In this document: positions 40,561 to 53,529 of the stretch, in pieces
Layout of the letters: each line of letters opens with the position of its first letter
Numbering within the stretch: position 1 is the first letter of the stretch
Assembly (NCBI GenBank): GCA_964016885.1
Contig: OZ024746.1
Location: 3,224,001-3,288,000, forward strand
Direction: 5' to 3'
Source of the DNA: Eledone cirrhosa
Lineage: Eukaryota
Length of the DNA: 64,000 bases
Translations under genes and position numbers: made by a program
Notes under the pieces: generated by a model
What the model saw: only the letters and a program-made list of their open reading frames with translations
Databases searched by the model: none
What the model was told of the DNA's origin: nothing

Positions 40561-40827
40561 AATATGGTTTTATGAATATAGTTTCCATTTATCAATATAT
40601 TGTATATATATATCATCATCATCATCATCGTTTAACGGCCATCTTCCACGCTTGCATGGGTTTGGACGGGAATTTTCCCACTTGAGGCAAGATTGGTTGT
40701 CTTGCTCGTATAGGACTGTCTGGCAGGTCTTCTACGGCTGGATGCCCTTCCTAACACCAACCACATTTACAGTGTGGACTGGGAGGTTTTTACCGTGTTA
40801 CCTACACGGCCACATTACAGAGTGGAT

Positions 40828-41040
40828 ACAGTACTACATAACACAGTACAGTACTAAACAACACAATGCATAACAGTTCAATACTAAACAATACAATACT
40901 GTACTACATAACACAGTACAGTACTAAACAACACAACACAATACAGTACTACATAACACAATACAATACTAAACAACACAGCACAGTACTACATAACACA
41001 ATACAATACTAAACAACACAGCACAGTACTATGCAATACT
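40828..41040. repeat. pentamer-derived ~40-bp tandem repeat
   Basis: Repeating acagtactacataacacaatacaatactaaacaacac units. Confidence 0.85.
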
Positions 41041-41249
41041 GGGGAAGCCCTGTACTCTCAGTTGCTTCATGCCACAGAAACCAGCATAAGCACTGGCTTG
41101 ATTAGTCTCCAGGCTCGAGACAGACTTTCGACATTTTAACATCATCTAGTCATTTATCAGGTTTGTAAATGATATATATATATATATGGGGCCGTGCCCC
41201 AGCATGGCCTCAGCCGGATGGCTGGAACAGGTAAAAGAGTATATATATA

Positions 41250-41625
41250 TATCGTAGGATCTATAGAAGTGGTTGATAGCCTCCGGTACCTAGGTGATCA
41301 GATTAGTAAGGGGGGGGGGGGGTTCTAAGGCCATAGTATCTAGAATAAGGACGGGATGGAAGAAGTTTAGGGAGCTGATTCCCCTGTTGACAACGAAGGG
41401 TTTCTTCCTCCGAACAAAAGGCCGGTTATATGATGAAGGTCTGGTGAGATGCACGATGCTGCATGGTAGTGAGACATGGGCAGCAACTGCAGAGGACATG
41501 CGACGGCTGGAGAGAAATGAAGCAAGCACGCTCCGTTGGATGTGTAATGTGAAGAGGGATAAGTTGTGGTGTGCAGGAGAGAAGACTGAGATGGTATGGA
41601 CATGTGATGCACATGGACTGAAAAG
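41250..41625 (+). mobile_element. RTE LINE fragment
   Basis: SRIRTGWKKFRELIPLL..MLHGSETW..RRLERNEA; same family as 38207-39060. Confidence 0.85.
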
Positions 41626-41964
41626 GATGAAAGGCATAGTTGACCAAGGCGGAATTTGAACTTAGAGCAATGGGACGAATACCATAAAGCATTCTATCTG
41701 ACTTCTTCTAATTAATACAATTATACACACACCACTCCTCTTTTCTGTAGACAATCATCTACTTTAAATACACTCACATATCAAATCTTCTGATTTGACA
41801 CACACACACCATGCAACAGTCTTTAATTGTGAGTGCCAATCTATTCTACTTGGTATGTGTTTAATAATATATTGAAGCTCTGAATGTCAGTACCCCCCCC
41901 CCCCTCTCTAAAAAAAATATATATATATATATATATGAGTATTAATAAAATAGATGTTCTTTTG

Positions 41965-42034
41965 ATCAATTACATTTTATTATACATATTTTGGATATAC
42001 AACAGTACGTCCTCATCAGACAAAATATAATGAT
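41965..42034 (-). ncRNA. inverted copy of the hammerhead with a catalytic-core substitution (GAAA to AAAA, G12A)
   Basis: Reverse complement of 44871-44940 except T in place of C at 41992, so the core reads CC-AAAA instead of CC-GAAA. Confidence 0.8.
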
Positions 42035-44870
42035 ACATGACATACCCTGAGATGTTAAATGGTTAAGATTTAATCAGGGTAGTGATTAACCGATAGAAAA
42101 TTTTACTTTTATAATATCTATGTGAAAGTGCGAAAATGTAATAAATTCATTAGAGAATGTGTGAGTAAGAAAAAACGTTGCATACTGTAATTGTTCTAAA
42201 ATGTTAAAGTGTATGATACTACAATATATCTAGGAAAATGTCTCATGAATCATAACAGCCAGTGATAGCCACTGGAAAAAGATTTATAAGGAGGGAAAAA
42301 ATAAAGTGTGGGTTTTTTTTTTCGAAAGTTAAACGGTTAGATTTGAAAATATTTAATTTATAATATTAAGGTGAAGACTCCAGATTTCAAGATTATTTGC
42401 TAGTTATTTATATAAATTCCATAAGTGTGTTATCATTTCTAAACTTCTGAATTGTGAGAATAACATTTAAAGGATTTAGCTGGCACATAAAGAATGAAAT
42501 ATTATACTGTTGATTAATTACCTAAATCTAAACTTTTACAAATATACCAACATATTAGGTATGTAAAGCTTTTGAAGTACTTATTGTTATAAATATTTAA
42601 ATAACTATTATGTATATAGGTATATATTAATGAGCCAGTATGTTTAAAGTAAATAATACTGATGAAGATAAAAATAAAATATGTTAAGGATATATATATA
42701 TACACCTATGTATAACTGGGTGTAAATGTACTAATTATTCTTCAACCAAGATATAGGGATGTATATATATATAGATATATATTAGTGTAGTATACTTTAG
42801 GTAAATGATAACGGTTATACTCTTATCAACGTGTTACATTTAAATATATATATACATATAAGAAAACAAACAATGAGTGCATGTATAATATAGAGTTCAA
42901 AATAATGTATATAATAATTTTTAGTTTGGATATTTTCTCTATATCTGAATCATATATATAGAAGTATGGTAGGTGTATTTTAAAATATTTAAAAATATAT
43001 AAAATACAATATTTAACTACATATATTATAATACATTATATTATAAATAAATAAGAGATCGAAAGTACAGCGAAAAATTCACATTTATATATAAGTTTGA
43101 ATCCGTCTCAAAATTTAGATTTTATAGTGCAGTAAGTATATTTAAAAGAAATATATAATACTATAAATAATAGATCAAAAAGTCATTAAAAATTTGGAGT
43201 TATAGGTAAGTTTCATAAAAAAATTTGGATTGGGTATTAAACTAAAATTTACAGGAGATCACAAATGTATTAAAAATTCAGTTAAATGAATAAATTCAAT
43301 AAATATGTAAGGGTTAGGTATTTTACTAAATTATGGATAAATGATGGTGTTGATCAAAGTTAACAAATAATGTGTGTATCAATATTTAGGCATGCTAATT
43401 GAAATATTGTCATTCATTCTAACGTTGTTTTTTTCTATAGATAGTTATAAGATAAGGCAATATTAAAGGCCATTGATGTTTTTTACTGTTGATTATATAT
43501 TCCTGGTCACCGAGTTGTTATTGGTTCTTTCTTTCTCGTTTTATGTGAGGCTAAAAAAGTGGACGTAGCTTTATGGAGGCAATTAGAGAATAATTCACTT
43601 TTTTTGTTAATTATGGTCTCATAATTATTAATAATCAACAGGGTCTCCATTGTACAGAGCGGGCAGTTATTTGATATACTAGAGTTGCGGTAAATTCCAC
43701 AGTTCCGAAGTTTTGTCCAAAGAATGGAGTATTCTAGATTCTTCTCTTTTAAAGACCATATGATCTGTGATAAAGACGTGGATGATTTCTTCTTAGAGTT
43801 CGAGAAATGAGGTTGATCCAATGTAATTTATGTTTTATGGTCAGTTTTTACGGTGCATTTATAAACCAAATTACTATCTAAATAATTATTTTGCAAAGGG
43901 CAATTATTTTTATTTCTACAATTACATTTTGGTTTAGTATCATTAATGTTAACTCTATTATTATGATCATTATGTTGGTTTTAGGATTTTGGCGTTTAAT
44001 TTGGCGATGTTTTGGGCCATGCTACTGGTTGTAGAATTTGCGAATTTAATGGTATGTCTATTAAAAATGGAATGGTATTTATGTTGAGTAGGGAAAGAGG
44101 TGTCAAGAGCTTTAAAGAATAGTTTTGCAATTGGTGTTTTAACTACGACCGAAGCTGGGGGTGCAAACCATATGACTGGTTTAGATCTAGTTCGTATTCT
44201 CGATTTATTTAGCGTATGTGTGTTTGAGTTATAGTTATTAGTGTTACTCTTATATGTGTTATTATTTTTATTATTATTGGGAATAATATTTTATTTTTAT
44301 CTTCGTCGGTATTATTTACTTTAAATATTTATAACAATAAATACTTCAAAAGCTTTACATACCTAATATGTTGGTATATTTGTAAAAGTTTAGATTTAGG
44401 TAATTAATCAACAGTATAAAATTTCATTCTTTATGTGCCAGCTAAATCCTTTAAATGTTATTCTCACAATTCAGAAGTTTAGAAATGATAACACACTTAT
44501 GGAATTTATATAAATAATCCTGAAATCTGGAGTCTTCACCTTAATATTATAAATATTTTCAAATCTAACCGTTTAACTTTCGAAAAAAAAAACCCACACT
44601 TTATTTTTTCCCTCCTTATAAATCTTTTTCCAGTGGCTATCACTGGCTGTTATGATTCATGAGACATTTTCCTAGATATATTGTAGTATCATACACTTTA
44701 ACATTTTAGAACACTTACAGTATGCAACGTTTTTTCTTACTCACACATTCTCTAATGAATTTATTACGTTTTCGCACTTTCACATAGATATTATAAAAGT
44801 AAAATTTTCTATCGGGTAATCACTACCTTGATTAAATCTTAACCATTTAACATCTCAGGGTATGTCATGT

Positions 44871-44940
44871 ATCATTATATTTTGTCTGATGAGGACGTAC
44901 TGTTGTATATCCGAAATATGTATAATAAAATGTAATTGAT
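44871..44940 (+). ncRNA. minimal type I hammerhead ribozyme, intact core, in the right arm of a long inverted repeat
   Basis: CTGATGA 44886-44892; stem II GGACGTAC-tgtt-GTATATCC; GAAA 44913-44916; TATGTA-TA (cut predicted after 44924); stem I atcattatattttgt/ataaaatgtaattgat. Confidence 0.85.
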
Positions 44941-45119
44941 CAAAAGAACATCTATTTTATTAATACTTATATTAATAACTCCTGAAAATTATTTTTACAG
45001 TTGAGTGCTTCCAATCTACTGTAAAACTCATTCTTTGACATAAACATCGAATATTGTTTAACAACTTAATATATATATCTAATATATATATATTTAATAT
45101 ATATATATTTAATATATAT

Positions 45120-45189
45120 ATATTTAATTAGAAAGTGAACAATACAAAATATAACTATATTTTGTATTGTTCACTTTCTAATTAAATAT
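45120..45189. repeat. perfect hairpin with 34-bp arms next to TA-rich repeats
   Basis: atatttaattagaaagtgaacaatacaaaatata-ac-tatattttgtattgttcactttctaattaaatat. Confidence 0.95.
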
Positions 45190-45425
45190 CTCTGTTCTAT
45201 ACATAGAGCACTTGGAATTACCTAACACATATATATATATAGATGATTATGATGATATATATACATAACCTTATCCCATTCAAATAATCTTTTTGTTGTA
45301 GGGTCCAATTTGTACAAAACATATGGTTATATTTTGGGTCAGTTATTCCTTCAGCAGCCTCATTTTGTAACCAACTATTTTATTGTCTAGGCATTACACA
45401 CACACACACACACACACACATAGTA

Positions 45426-45489
<64 letters not shown>

Positions 45490-45492
<3 letters not shown>

Positions 45493-45823
45493 AAAAATGA
45501 GTATGTGTTTAGAAAGCCGTACAATGCAAGTGGTTTAGATTGCCAAGTTTTCAACCAATATTAAAAGTAACAGACACCATGAAGGAAATCTCATTTTTCT
45601 CCGAAGTCTCTCCCCCACTACAGACAGCGTTTGATAATGATTGGTTAATTTGAAAAATGTTGGGAATATTAAATTCCTTAGGTAACTTTCAGTCATACTT
45701 CCACTTTTTATTTTCCTTCTTCCACTTTTGCTTTCTCTGTCAATTCCCTTCAAACTTGTTACCTTAGCAATGTAAACCCACTTGCGTTGTACAGCCTTCT
45801 AAACACACATAACCACTTTTCAA
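45490..45823. repeat. diverged ~58-bp inverted repeat with ~215-bp spacer next to (TA)n
   Basis: 45490-45547 versus 45763-45823. Confidence 0.85.
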
Positions 45824-47254
45824 GTGTCATATTCTACAATGCTCCTAGCAAACTATCACACCATATATGCGTATATATATATACTTAGTGCACCACAACA
45901 TAGACACAATGATTGTGTCATGGATGTCATTCTGAATTCCTGTAAAGGTTCCTTGATATAGAAGAATCTAATTAAATTTTATTCTATTATTTAGCATGTT
46001 TTGGGAAGGATTTGAATCATATATTTAAATTAATCCCAGACTGCAAAAGACCTGTAGTACATGTATGTAGTGTTAGCCATGTTAAGGGTTTTTCAGTAGA
46101 TCCTGTTGACATCAAAGAAATGTGATGGGGTGGGAAATGAGTCAGTAATCTGTTTGTCTTGCTATTTCTCAGCCGTAAACACAAGTTCCTTAATGAACAA
46201 CTTTAATATATCTTGATAGGACATTGCTTTATGAAATATTATTGCAGTGACTTGCAAGCAGGGAAAAGCGGACGTAAAATGAAATGATGATGATGATGAC
46301 TTATTATTTCAGTTTAAATGATGATAATAATTATTTCTAGCATTGGCACAAGGCCAGCAATTTTGGGAAATGAGAAAGTCAATTATATAGAACCCAGTAC
46401 TTAACTCCCTAAAGTCTCTCAAGCCAGGAGGCTCATCAGGCCAGTGCTTATCCCGGTTTTGTGGCGTGAAGCGACTGAGAGTACCCCTGGACAAGACGCT
46501 AATCCATTGCAGGGTTAAACCCCCAGTAATTACTGGTATTTATTTTCAACTGTATACTGGAGCAACGTGAAATGAAGTGTATTGCTCAAGAACACAGCAC
46601 ACAACCCAGCTCAGGAATCAAACCCACAACATTATGATCGTAAGTCCAACACCCTTACCACTAGGCCACATGCTTAGCTGCACAGTACTTAACTGGTACT
46701 TTGTTTTATCGACCATCGAATTATGAAAGGCAAAGTTAACCTCTGCAGGATTTGAACTCAGAACGACATAACAAAATGCTACAAAGTATATTGTTTTAAC
46801 AATTCTGTCTATCCACTGCCCTCAATAATAATAATTGTTTCTACATTTGGCACAAGGCCAGCAATTTGAAGCGAAGTAGTAGCGCTGGTACCATCATAAA
46901 ATGCACTCAGTCCACCCTGTCAGCTAATAGTGCTGGTGACACAATAAAATACCTGTGGCCCACACTGTAAAATGGTAGTGATGGTACCACAACAAAAGAT
47001 ACCCAGTCCTCCTCTGTAAAGTGGGAGTGCTGCTGTTGTGAAAAATGCTCCCAGTCTGTAAAGTGGTTGGCATTAGGAAGGGCATTAAGCCATAGAAACC
47101 AAGTGAAAAACAGAACATATCAGCAGGACGTGGTCACCTGACTTCAAAATATGGCAACCTACCTCTGCAAACATGGAAAATAGATGTTAAACAGCGATGA
47201 TGATGATTAGTTGAAAAATAATGTTTTATTTTCATACTTTCTTAGCACTGTTAT

Positions 47255-47483
47255 TTGATCTATTTACATTTAAACCGGCCATATCTAGCTAGAATTCTCT
47301 CACCTCTTTCTGTTCAAACCAGCTGCAACTGGCCACTCATACTGATATTAAGGTATTGTTCTCAAGATAAATAACATTGAAATCTCATAGATTCGATATT
47401 ATGTAAGATAATTATGTGAGATAAAGCCTTTACTGCGAAAATACAATAGTATATATAGAGTAATGTAATTGCTAAATGGTTAA
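47255..47483 (+). mobile_element. piggyBac-type MITE family 1
   Basis: catttaaaccggccatatc ... gctaaatggttaa; collinear with 17003-17226. Confidence 0.75.
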
Positions 47484-48299
47484 GGTAACATATTTTCTTT
47501 TTATTTAGTTTGGGCGGGGGACTTGTCTACTTTTCAGCATTCTGTATACATTGTAACTATTTTTATTTAGCAAACCAATGATGATGATGATAATGTCTTT
47601 ATCATTTTGTAATGTTTCAACCATTTAGTGATGGAACCTTCTGATGCTTCTTCATTGAAGATGACTGAAACATTTATTACAAGATAGAAAAAGAATAGGT
47701 GTTGTTATTTGAAAGGATTGTATCTTTCTCTCTTAATCACAAAAATTACAGGGCAATAGATCAGCCCAGTTGTCTTTTAAGGAGTCATCTTGAATCAAGC
47801 ATAATAATGACATGTGAGTATACAACTATGTATACACACATACACACACACATATGAAGCTCATTGGAGGAGATGACGAAGGATCATGACAAGTGGAGAG
47901 ATGCTGTGCTGAATAGGACCCGTCCCACCCTTGCAAGCAGGGAAAAGCAGATGTAAAATGATGATGATGATGATGAAGATATTTGGTCCCGTAACTCTTG
48001 TTGGAGTCGTAGTGGCATATGGCATTTCTTGGTCATTTTAAGCCTGGAGGAGCCCTCCCCTCCCCTCCCCAAGTTGGAACACACCAGATTTCTTCCAGAG
48101 AAGGAGTGAGAAAGAGATAGAGAGGAAAAATCGTCCTCAGTACTGGACTTGTATGCTGCTTTGTTTTTTATTGACCTCGAAAGGAGGAAAAGTAAGGTTG
48201 ACCTCGGCGGGATTTGAAGTTGATGTTAGTGGGAAAGAGAGACAAATACTGCAAAGCATTCTATCAGACATTGTAACCTCTCTACCATTTCACATCCAC

Positions 48300-48403
<104 letters not shown>

Positions 48404-49199
48404 GACACACGTACACACATTGTGTAATTCACCTAAATACATAACTTGTTCTGTCTTTGTCTCTACCTGTTTTGTTATGTCCCAATGAACAGTATCAATC
48501 TTAATGCATTGAAAACATAGTGCTTTCCCGGCGTTGACTGACAGGATGGGACTCTCCACCTTTCCATTGTTTTTGTCCTGTGTGCCCCCTATTTTGAATA
48601 TACATATACGAAAAAAAAAAAAAAAAAAAACCACACAGTTATACAGTCAGCCAAAATGGCTGACTGTATACACAAATGGCTTTTATTTCTCAATTTTCTT
48701 TTTCCGTTCCTTCCTTTTCTCATTCTCTATCTTTCTATTTTATCTTTTATTTCTAATTCTATTTTCTGATGGACTAATGTTGACAGCTGAACTTGCCTCC
48801 ATATAATTTAGAGAATGATTCTATTTATAAGATATATCAGCTAAGGGGATAACTGGATTGCATGAAGGGAGCAGGGAATACTTCCTTGTTAATGTTTAGG
48901 TAGAAAGAGGGTCATAGATTGGCAGACTTGGGAGAAGACTGGACAGAATGTTATTTCAACTTTAACTTTGGCTTTCATCCTTCCAGTGTCGATGAAATAA
49001 AATACAATACCAGCCATATACTGAGGTTGATTTAATCAACTTCTCCCTCCCCACAAGTTTTGCTGACCTGGTGTCTAAATTAGATTATAATATTAATATA
49101 TTTCTGTAATTGACAGTTCAACAATTATTTATTGTTTGTGTTTCATATTTTTAAAATACATTATTACCTTCATTATTTCTGTCTTAAAGTTCTGTGTTG

Positions 49200-49460
49200 T
49201 CTCACTATTTTCTTCAGCCCCAATTTCACCGCGGCATCCATTGTTTTGCCCACTGTTTTGCCTGGGTAAGGGGACATCCATCTTTTCTACATAGACCATG
49301 GATACTGACTGAAGCCTTATCTGTATCAATTCCTATCAACTGTGCCTGCTGGTCCATGCAGGTATTGTCTATCAATGTAGAATATATATCTATAGTGCAG
49401 TGCATATTATCTGCACCATATTTTCACCAATCTCTCCAGCTTTTTAGACTTTGGAGATTG
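49200..49460 (-). mobile_element. possible decayed hAT transposase fragment
   Basis: LIGIDTDKASVS resembles hAT LIGIGTDGASVN, with a frameshifted VKLGLK downstream. Weak. Confidence 0.3.
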
Positions 49461-49514
49461 CACTTTGCTTTTGCAATCTGTGGATTAATATTTTATATCC
49501 CTTTCTCTATCTCT

Positions 49515-49580
<66 letters not shown>

Positions 49581-51278
49581 CATTATATGCACTCAGTACT
49601 AAGCACATCTATTCCCAGTACAATCTCAATTTGTTGCCATAGTAACAATTTTGCTATAATTATTTATGCAGGTTCGGTTTCTTTAATAACAGAATGAATT
49701 AGACCTTATTATTTCTTTATCTATTTATTAATATTTATTTTATTTTTTAATCTGCCATTTAGCAGATGAGTGTTTTGTTTCTTTTGTCCTCAGCTGATGA
49801 AATGTCAGGATATTGTTAGTGAAATTCCTTATAGAGATCATAATTCTTTTCAACCATTCTATTATTTACCACCTCCACCCCATCCTTCCACTTTAATCTT
49901 ACTAGATAAAGTATTAAAAAATGTAATATCCTTTCATTTAGCCCTTTATTTACCAACCTGGTCAAAACCAGCTCTGGTCCTATGAAATAAAACCACCCAT
50001 TTTAAAGGTTTCCAGTTTAATTATATTTCCAACATAATTTTATAAAGGAACCTTATATTAAGTTACTATCTTAGTAAAGAAATAATGAATAATTTTAGTA
50101 AATCCCTCGAAATTGTTCATTTATTTATTAGAATAGAGTGTATTTCATTAGAAATGCAGTCAGGAAAGGGCTAAACCTTTTGATTTTTATAAAAATCTTA
50201 TATTAAAAATAAAAGGGGGGAGCATGGGAGAATACCCCTTACACTCAATCATACACCACAACAAGGGGTGCTGGAGTTTCCCTGTAATATTTTTTTAGGC
50301 AAGCCAACACACATCATTGTCTTTGGGGATAGCAAGGGTTAGGCACTGGAATAATGAAGCTCCCTCATGAATATCACCTATGTTGGTGAGCTGCCAACAA
50401 AGATAAGAATCTCATTGTCGGGGAAATAGCTCCCCCAAATATCTCAAACACCTGTTATCTCTGAAATAGAAGCCATAGAGATTATAAAAGAAAATTAAAG
50501 AGTAGAGCACTACACTGGTTCCACTCAATAGTGTTTAGATTAAATCCTCTCAGATAGGAAACAAAAGTTCTAACTAAAGTGAAGGGCATATGGCACCCAT
50601 TTTTTTTTCAGTTTTGTCAACTGGGGGAAAGACCTGTGCTTTAATTTTACTATCAACTCCCATTTTTGGTACATCTGAACCTTATAAAGTCATCTTTCTT
50701 CTTTAGTTGCTGAATAACTGAACAATAAAATATTAATTATAATGATGACTGTAGTAATAATGGCTATATTTCTGATATTTTATCAATAGGTTTCATTTAA
50801 AAACAAAACTTTTAATTCTTCTTTAATCGGATATATTTCATTAATAGCTGTATTTTAGTAAAAAAAATTCCCGAAGAACTTGTGTGTACAATGAGTATTA
50901 TTTCCATTACCAAAATAACCAATATATTTGCCTGATCTTTTATCAAGCTGATCTTTTATCAAAATTTCAGATTTCTCTCAAAATGATAAATGCCTTGATT
51001 GTTTTTCTAAACAATTAAAGATTTATTTTTCCTTCACCAATTTCACATTAATATGAAATCTCATTTAGAATTGTTGTTTCTTTGGATATGTTTGATATAG
51101 TATGCAGAATATAAAAATTAATAATCAAATGTTTTCTGCTTAAATTGTCTCCAATTTATCTCAGTAAATTGCTTTCAATTTATCTCAGTTGTTCAAATGG
51201 AAAATGAGGTTTATTGAAATGGTTTGTAAAGAATTCTTTTATACCATGTTTTTCATTGTTTATTTATTTTTATCTATT

Positions 51279-51309
<31 letters not shown>

Positions 51310-51822
51310 TTGTTCTATTGTGGAATATTTTACTTGGTGCCATTTTCATCTGTAATAATTTCTATTGGCCAAATAAGAAACAAAAAACAAAACAATGTTA
51401 TCTGCAGGTGACTTTTGATATTTGTTGATTCAGCTGAGCTGAGCTTAGCATGATTTCATTTGATGGAAATGGCAGTTAGCGGATTCTTTTGCAAAAGACC
51501 ACAAAAGGCATCAAATTTAGAATGGTTCTATCACTTTATTTTTCTCTTTTTAACAGGATTTCCCTCACTTTCTCCATCAATACAGATGTTCTCATTATAC
51601 ATAGCTTTGTCTTCAATCCCTTCATTGCTTATGCACTCTGCTGCAGTTTTACACATTCAGATGCCACAAATGTCTTATGTTGTGTGTTTCTCTCTGTTTT
51701 TCTTTTATTAATGTTCTTTTTACAGAAGGTTACACTTGAAACTGTAGCAATGGAAATTAACTAAAATTATTATACTTCAATAATAATATATATATATATA
51801 TATATGTGTGTGTATATATATA

Positions 51823-52006
51823 TAGCTTAAAATGGAGTGAGAGTAAGAAGAAAGCAAGAAGGGAGAGGGGTTTCTTCATCAGTTGACTACTAGGGGTCTC
51901 AGATATTTCAAAAGCGTTGAAATATTTGAGACCCCCAGTAGACAACTGATGAGGAAAACTCCCCTCCCTTCTTGCTTTCTTCTTATTCTCACTCCATTTT
52001 AAGCTA
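51823..52006. repeat. palindrome with ~90-bp arms and 5-nt loop, next to (TA)n
   Basis: tagcttaaaatggagtgaga... versus ...tctcactccattttaagcta; centre ttcaa-AAGCG-ttgaa; several mismatches. Confidence 0.95.
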
Positions 52007-52119
52007 CCTTAACTAGTACCTACACAGCCAATCCTTCTCTCTCTCTCTTTCTCTCTATATATATATATATCCATGTACATATTGGTTTGTTTTTGCCCAC
52101 CTCATATTATATTTGGATC

Positions 52120-52490
52120 CATCTGTGTTGCATCTTGAGATCAGTCCCCATGTTGATTGAAGAAACACCCGTGGACATGCCCACAAAGTCAGAAAACAGC
52201 ACAGTTCCCATGACTTTCGGAAACATTTTTTCACGCTCAGAGTTGCTGAAGCATGGAACAAACTACCTGCATCGGTTGTTAGCTGTCGAGACACTGCATC
52301 CTTTAAAACCTCCATGCTTACAGAAATTCGCCAACACTACACCTAATATTCCCCCTCCATACACATACACACATGTATATCATGACTCATACACTATTCA
52401 CTTCCCTGACATTTGTGTATTATTCTATGTACTATACATGCACCTTTGACGAGTTGTAGTGCACCTGAGCACTTTACACAATAATTTCAT
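52120..52490 (+). mobile_element. CR1/L2-like LINE 3' end (its tail recurs inverted at ~10530-10570 and ~38020-38062)
   Basis: TRGHAHKVRKQHSSHDFRKHFFTLRVAEAWNKLPASVV..FKT matches the CR1-type TRGH..FFS.RV...WN.LP C-terminus. Confidence 0.8.
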
Positions 52491-53043
52491 TATATTATAT
52501 ATCATTATATATATTATAATGGCACAATTTATTTCTTCCAATAACAAGCAGTCCAGCATTTGTTTCCTTACCAATTTAGCTTAAGCCAACACCTAATATT
52601 TATGTTCCATACAGCAACACATTTTATTATTTTCTTTATTCTTTTACTCCTTCCCTTCATATGTTTCACTAGCACCTCCTTTTGTTACCAAAGTAACAAT
52701 AAATACATCTTGTAGTACGGGGGGGGGGGGGGGGGTTAAGGGGCTACTTTGTTGTCTGTTATCAAGGAAAAGTATTTCTTTCTTTCAAGATAGATTGAGC
52801 AGTATACGTTAATTTGCTTCTCCGTTTAATGACTCATTTATTTTAACTTTTCTATGGCTTATTTCTTTTCTTTATATTAGCTTTTCCAGATACTCTCTCT
52901 CTCCCCATCTACAGGCGTACTTTGCCCCATTTTCTCAACTATTATTCATAGCAATCAACTATTATGATAATTTCCATTGGTACACCCACTTTTCAAATTT
53001 TCCTAATACTTCATTGCTCAACCACTTTACACGCACACACACA

Positions 53044-53108
<65 letters not shown>

Positions 53109-53116
<8 letters not shown>

Positions 53117-53332
53117 AGATCAAAAGATGGTTAAAGGAGTTCCATGTATTTTATTATGCGCATAATGTTGATTTAAAACTGCACTATCCACAAGTGTTTT
53201 TTAGCCTTCATATCATGTTCTCCTGTTTTATCTGATGAAAACACAAATATTATTGCATGATGATGTTTGTTTTTGAAATGCGCATAATAAAATACATGGA
53301 ACTCCTTTAACCATCTTTTGATCTTATATTAT
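53109..53332. repeat. 55-bp perfect inverted repeat enclosing a hammerhead
   Basis: 53109-53163 is the exact reverse complement of 53278-53332. Confidence 0.95.
53224..53294 (+). ncRNA. minimal type I hammerhead ribozyme with palindromic TGCGCA stem III
   Basis: Stem I tgttttat/ataaaata; CTGATGA 53232-53238; long stem II ACAAATATTATT/GATGATGTTTGT; GAAA 53275-53278; TGCGCA-TA (cut predicted after 53286). Confidence 0.82.
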
Positions 53333-53418
53333 GTATACTCCAGTCCTACAAACTGTAGAGTGCTTCTTATCCGATATCTGCATTGCTTTATTGTACTACA
53401 ATAAAACTCACCTCCTAC

Positions 53419-53485
<67 letters not shown>

Positions 53486-53529
53486 CAAGCAACCCCTGCT
53501 GGCAGGGAGAGTGGATGTTAGAGAAGGAG

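Larger units (their letters stand above)
41933..44972 (-). mobile_element. Penelope-like retroelement remnant (RT thumb, Cys-rich linker, GIY-YIG) bracketed by ~700-bp inverted terminal repeats
   Basis: Minus strand 44200-43507 reads IWFAPPASVVVKTPIAKLFFKALDTSFP...HSIFNRHTIK, then CNCRNKNNCPL, LVYKC...YIG and STSLSQIIWSLKEKN...CPLCTMET...INKKSELFSNCLHK. Arms 41933-42683 and 44286-44972 are near-identical reverse complements, and the left end abuts (TA)n. The motifs resemble the Naiad group as I recall them (unverified). Confidence 0.88.

Noticed and set aside
43507-44200. Selenocysteine recoding, reported for some Penelope-like (Naiad) elements
   Set aside because: The Cys positions I could read use TGT/TGC or are mutated to TAT; I saw no in-frame TGA at those sites and no evident SECIS.
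46415-46470. CTGATGAG on the minus strand near an AAAAC/GAAAC motif
   Set aside because: It is part of a SINE/LINE-type 3' tail (similar at 41070-41128) and lacks hammerhead stem topology.
51400-51764. Strong-looking acceptors (tttttaacag ~51556, tttttacag ~51725) as further p190 exons
   Set aside because: No convincing donor or p190-like peptide, and the phase-0 reading stops quickly.
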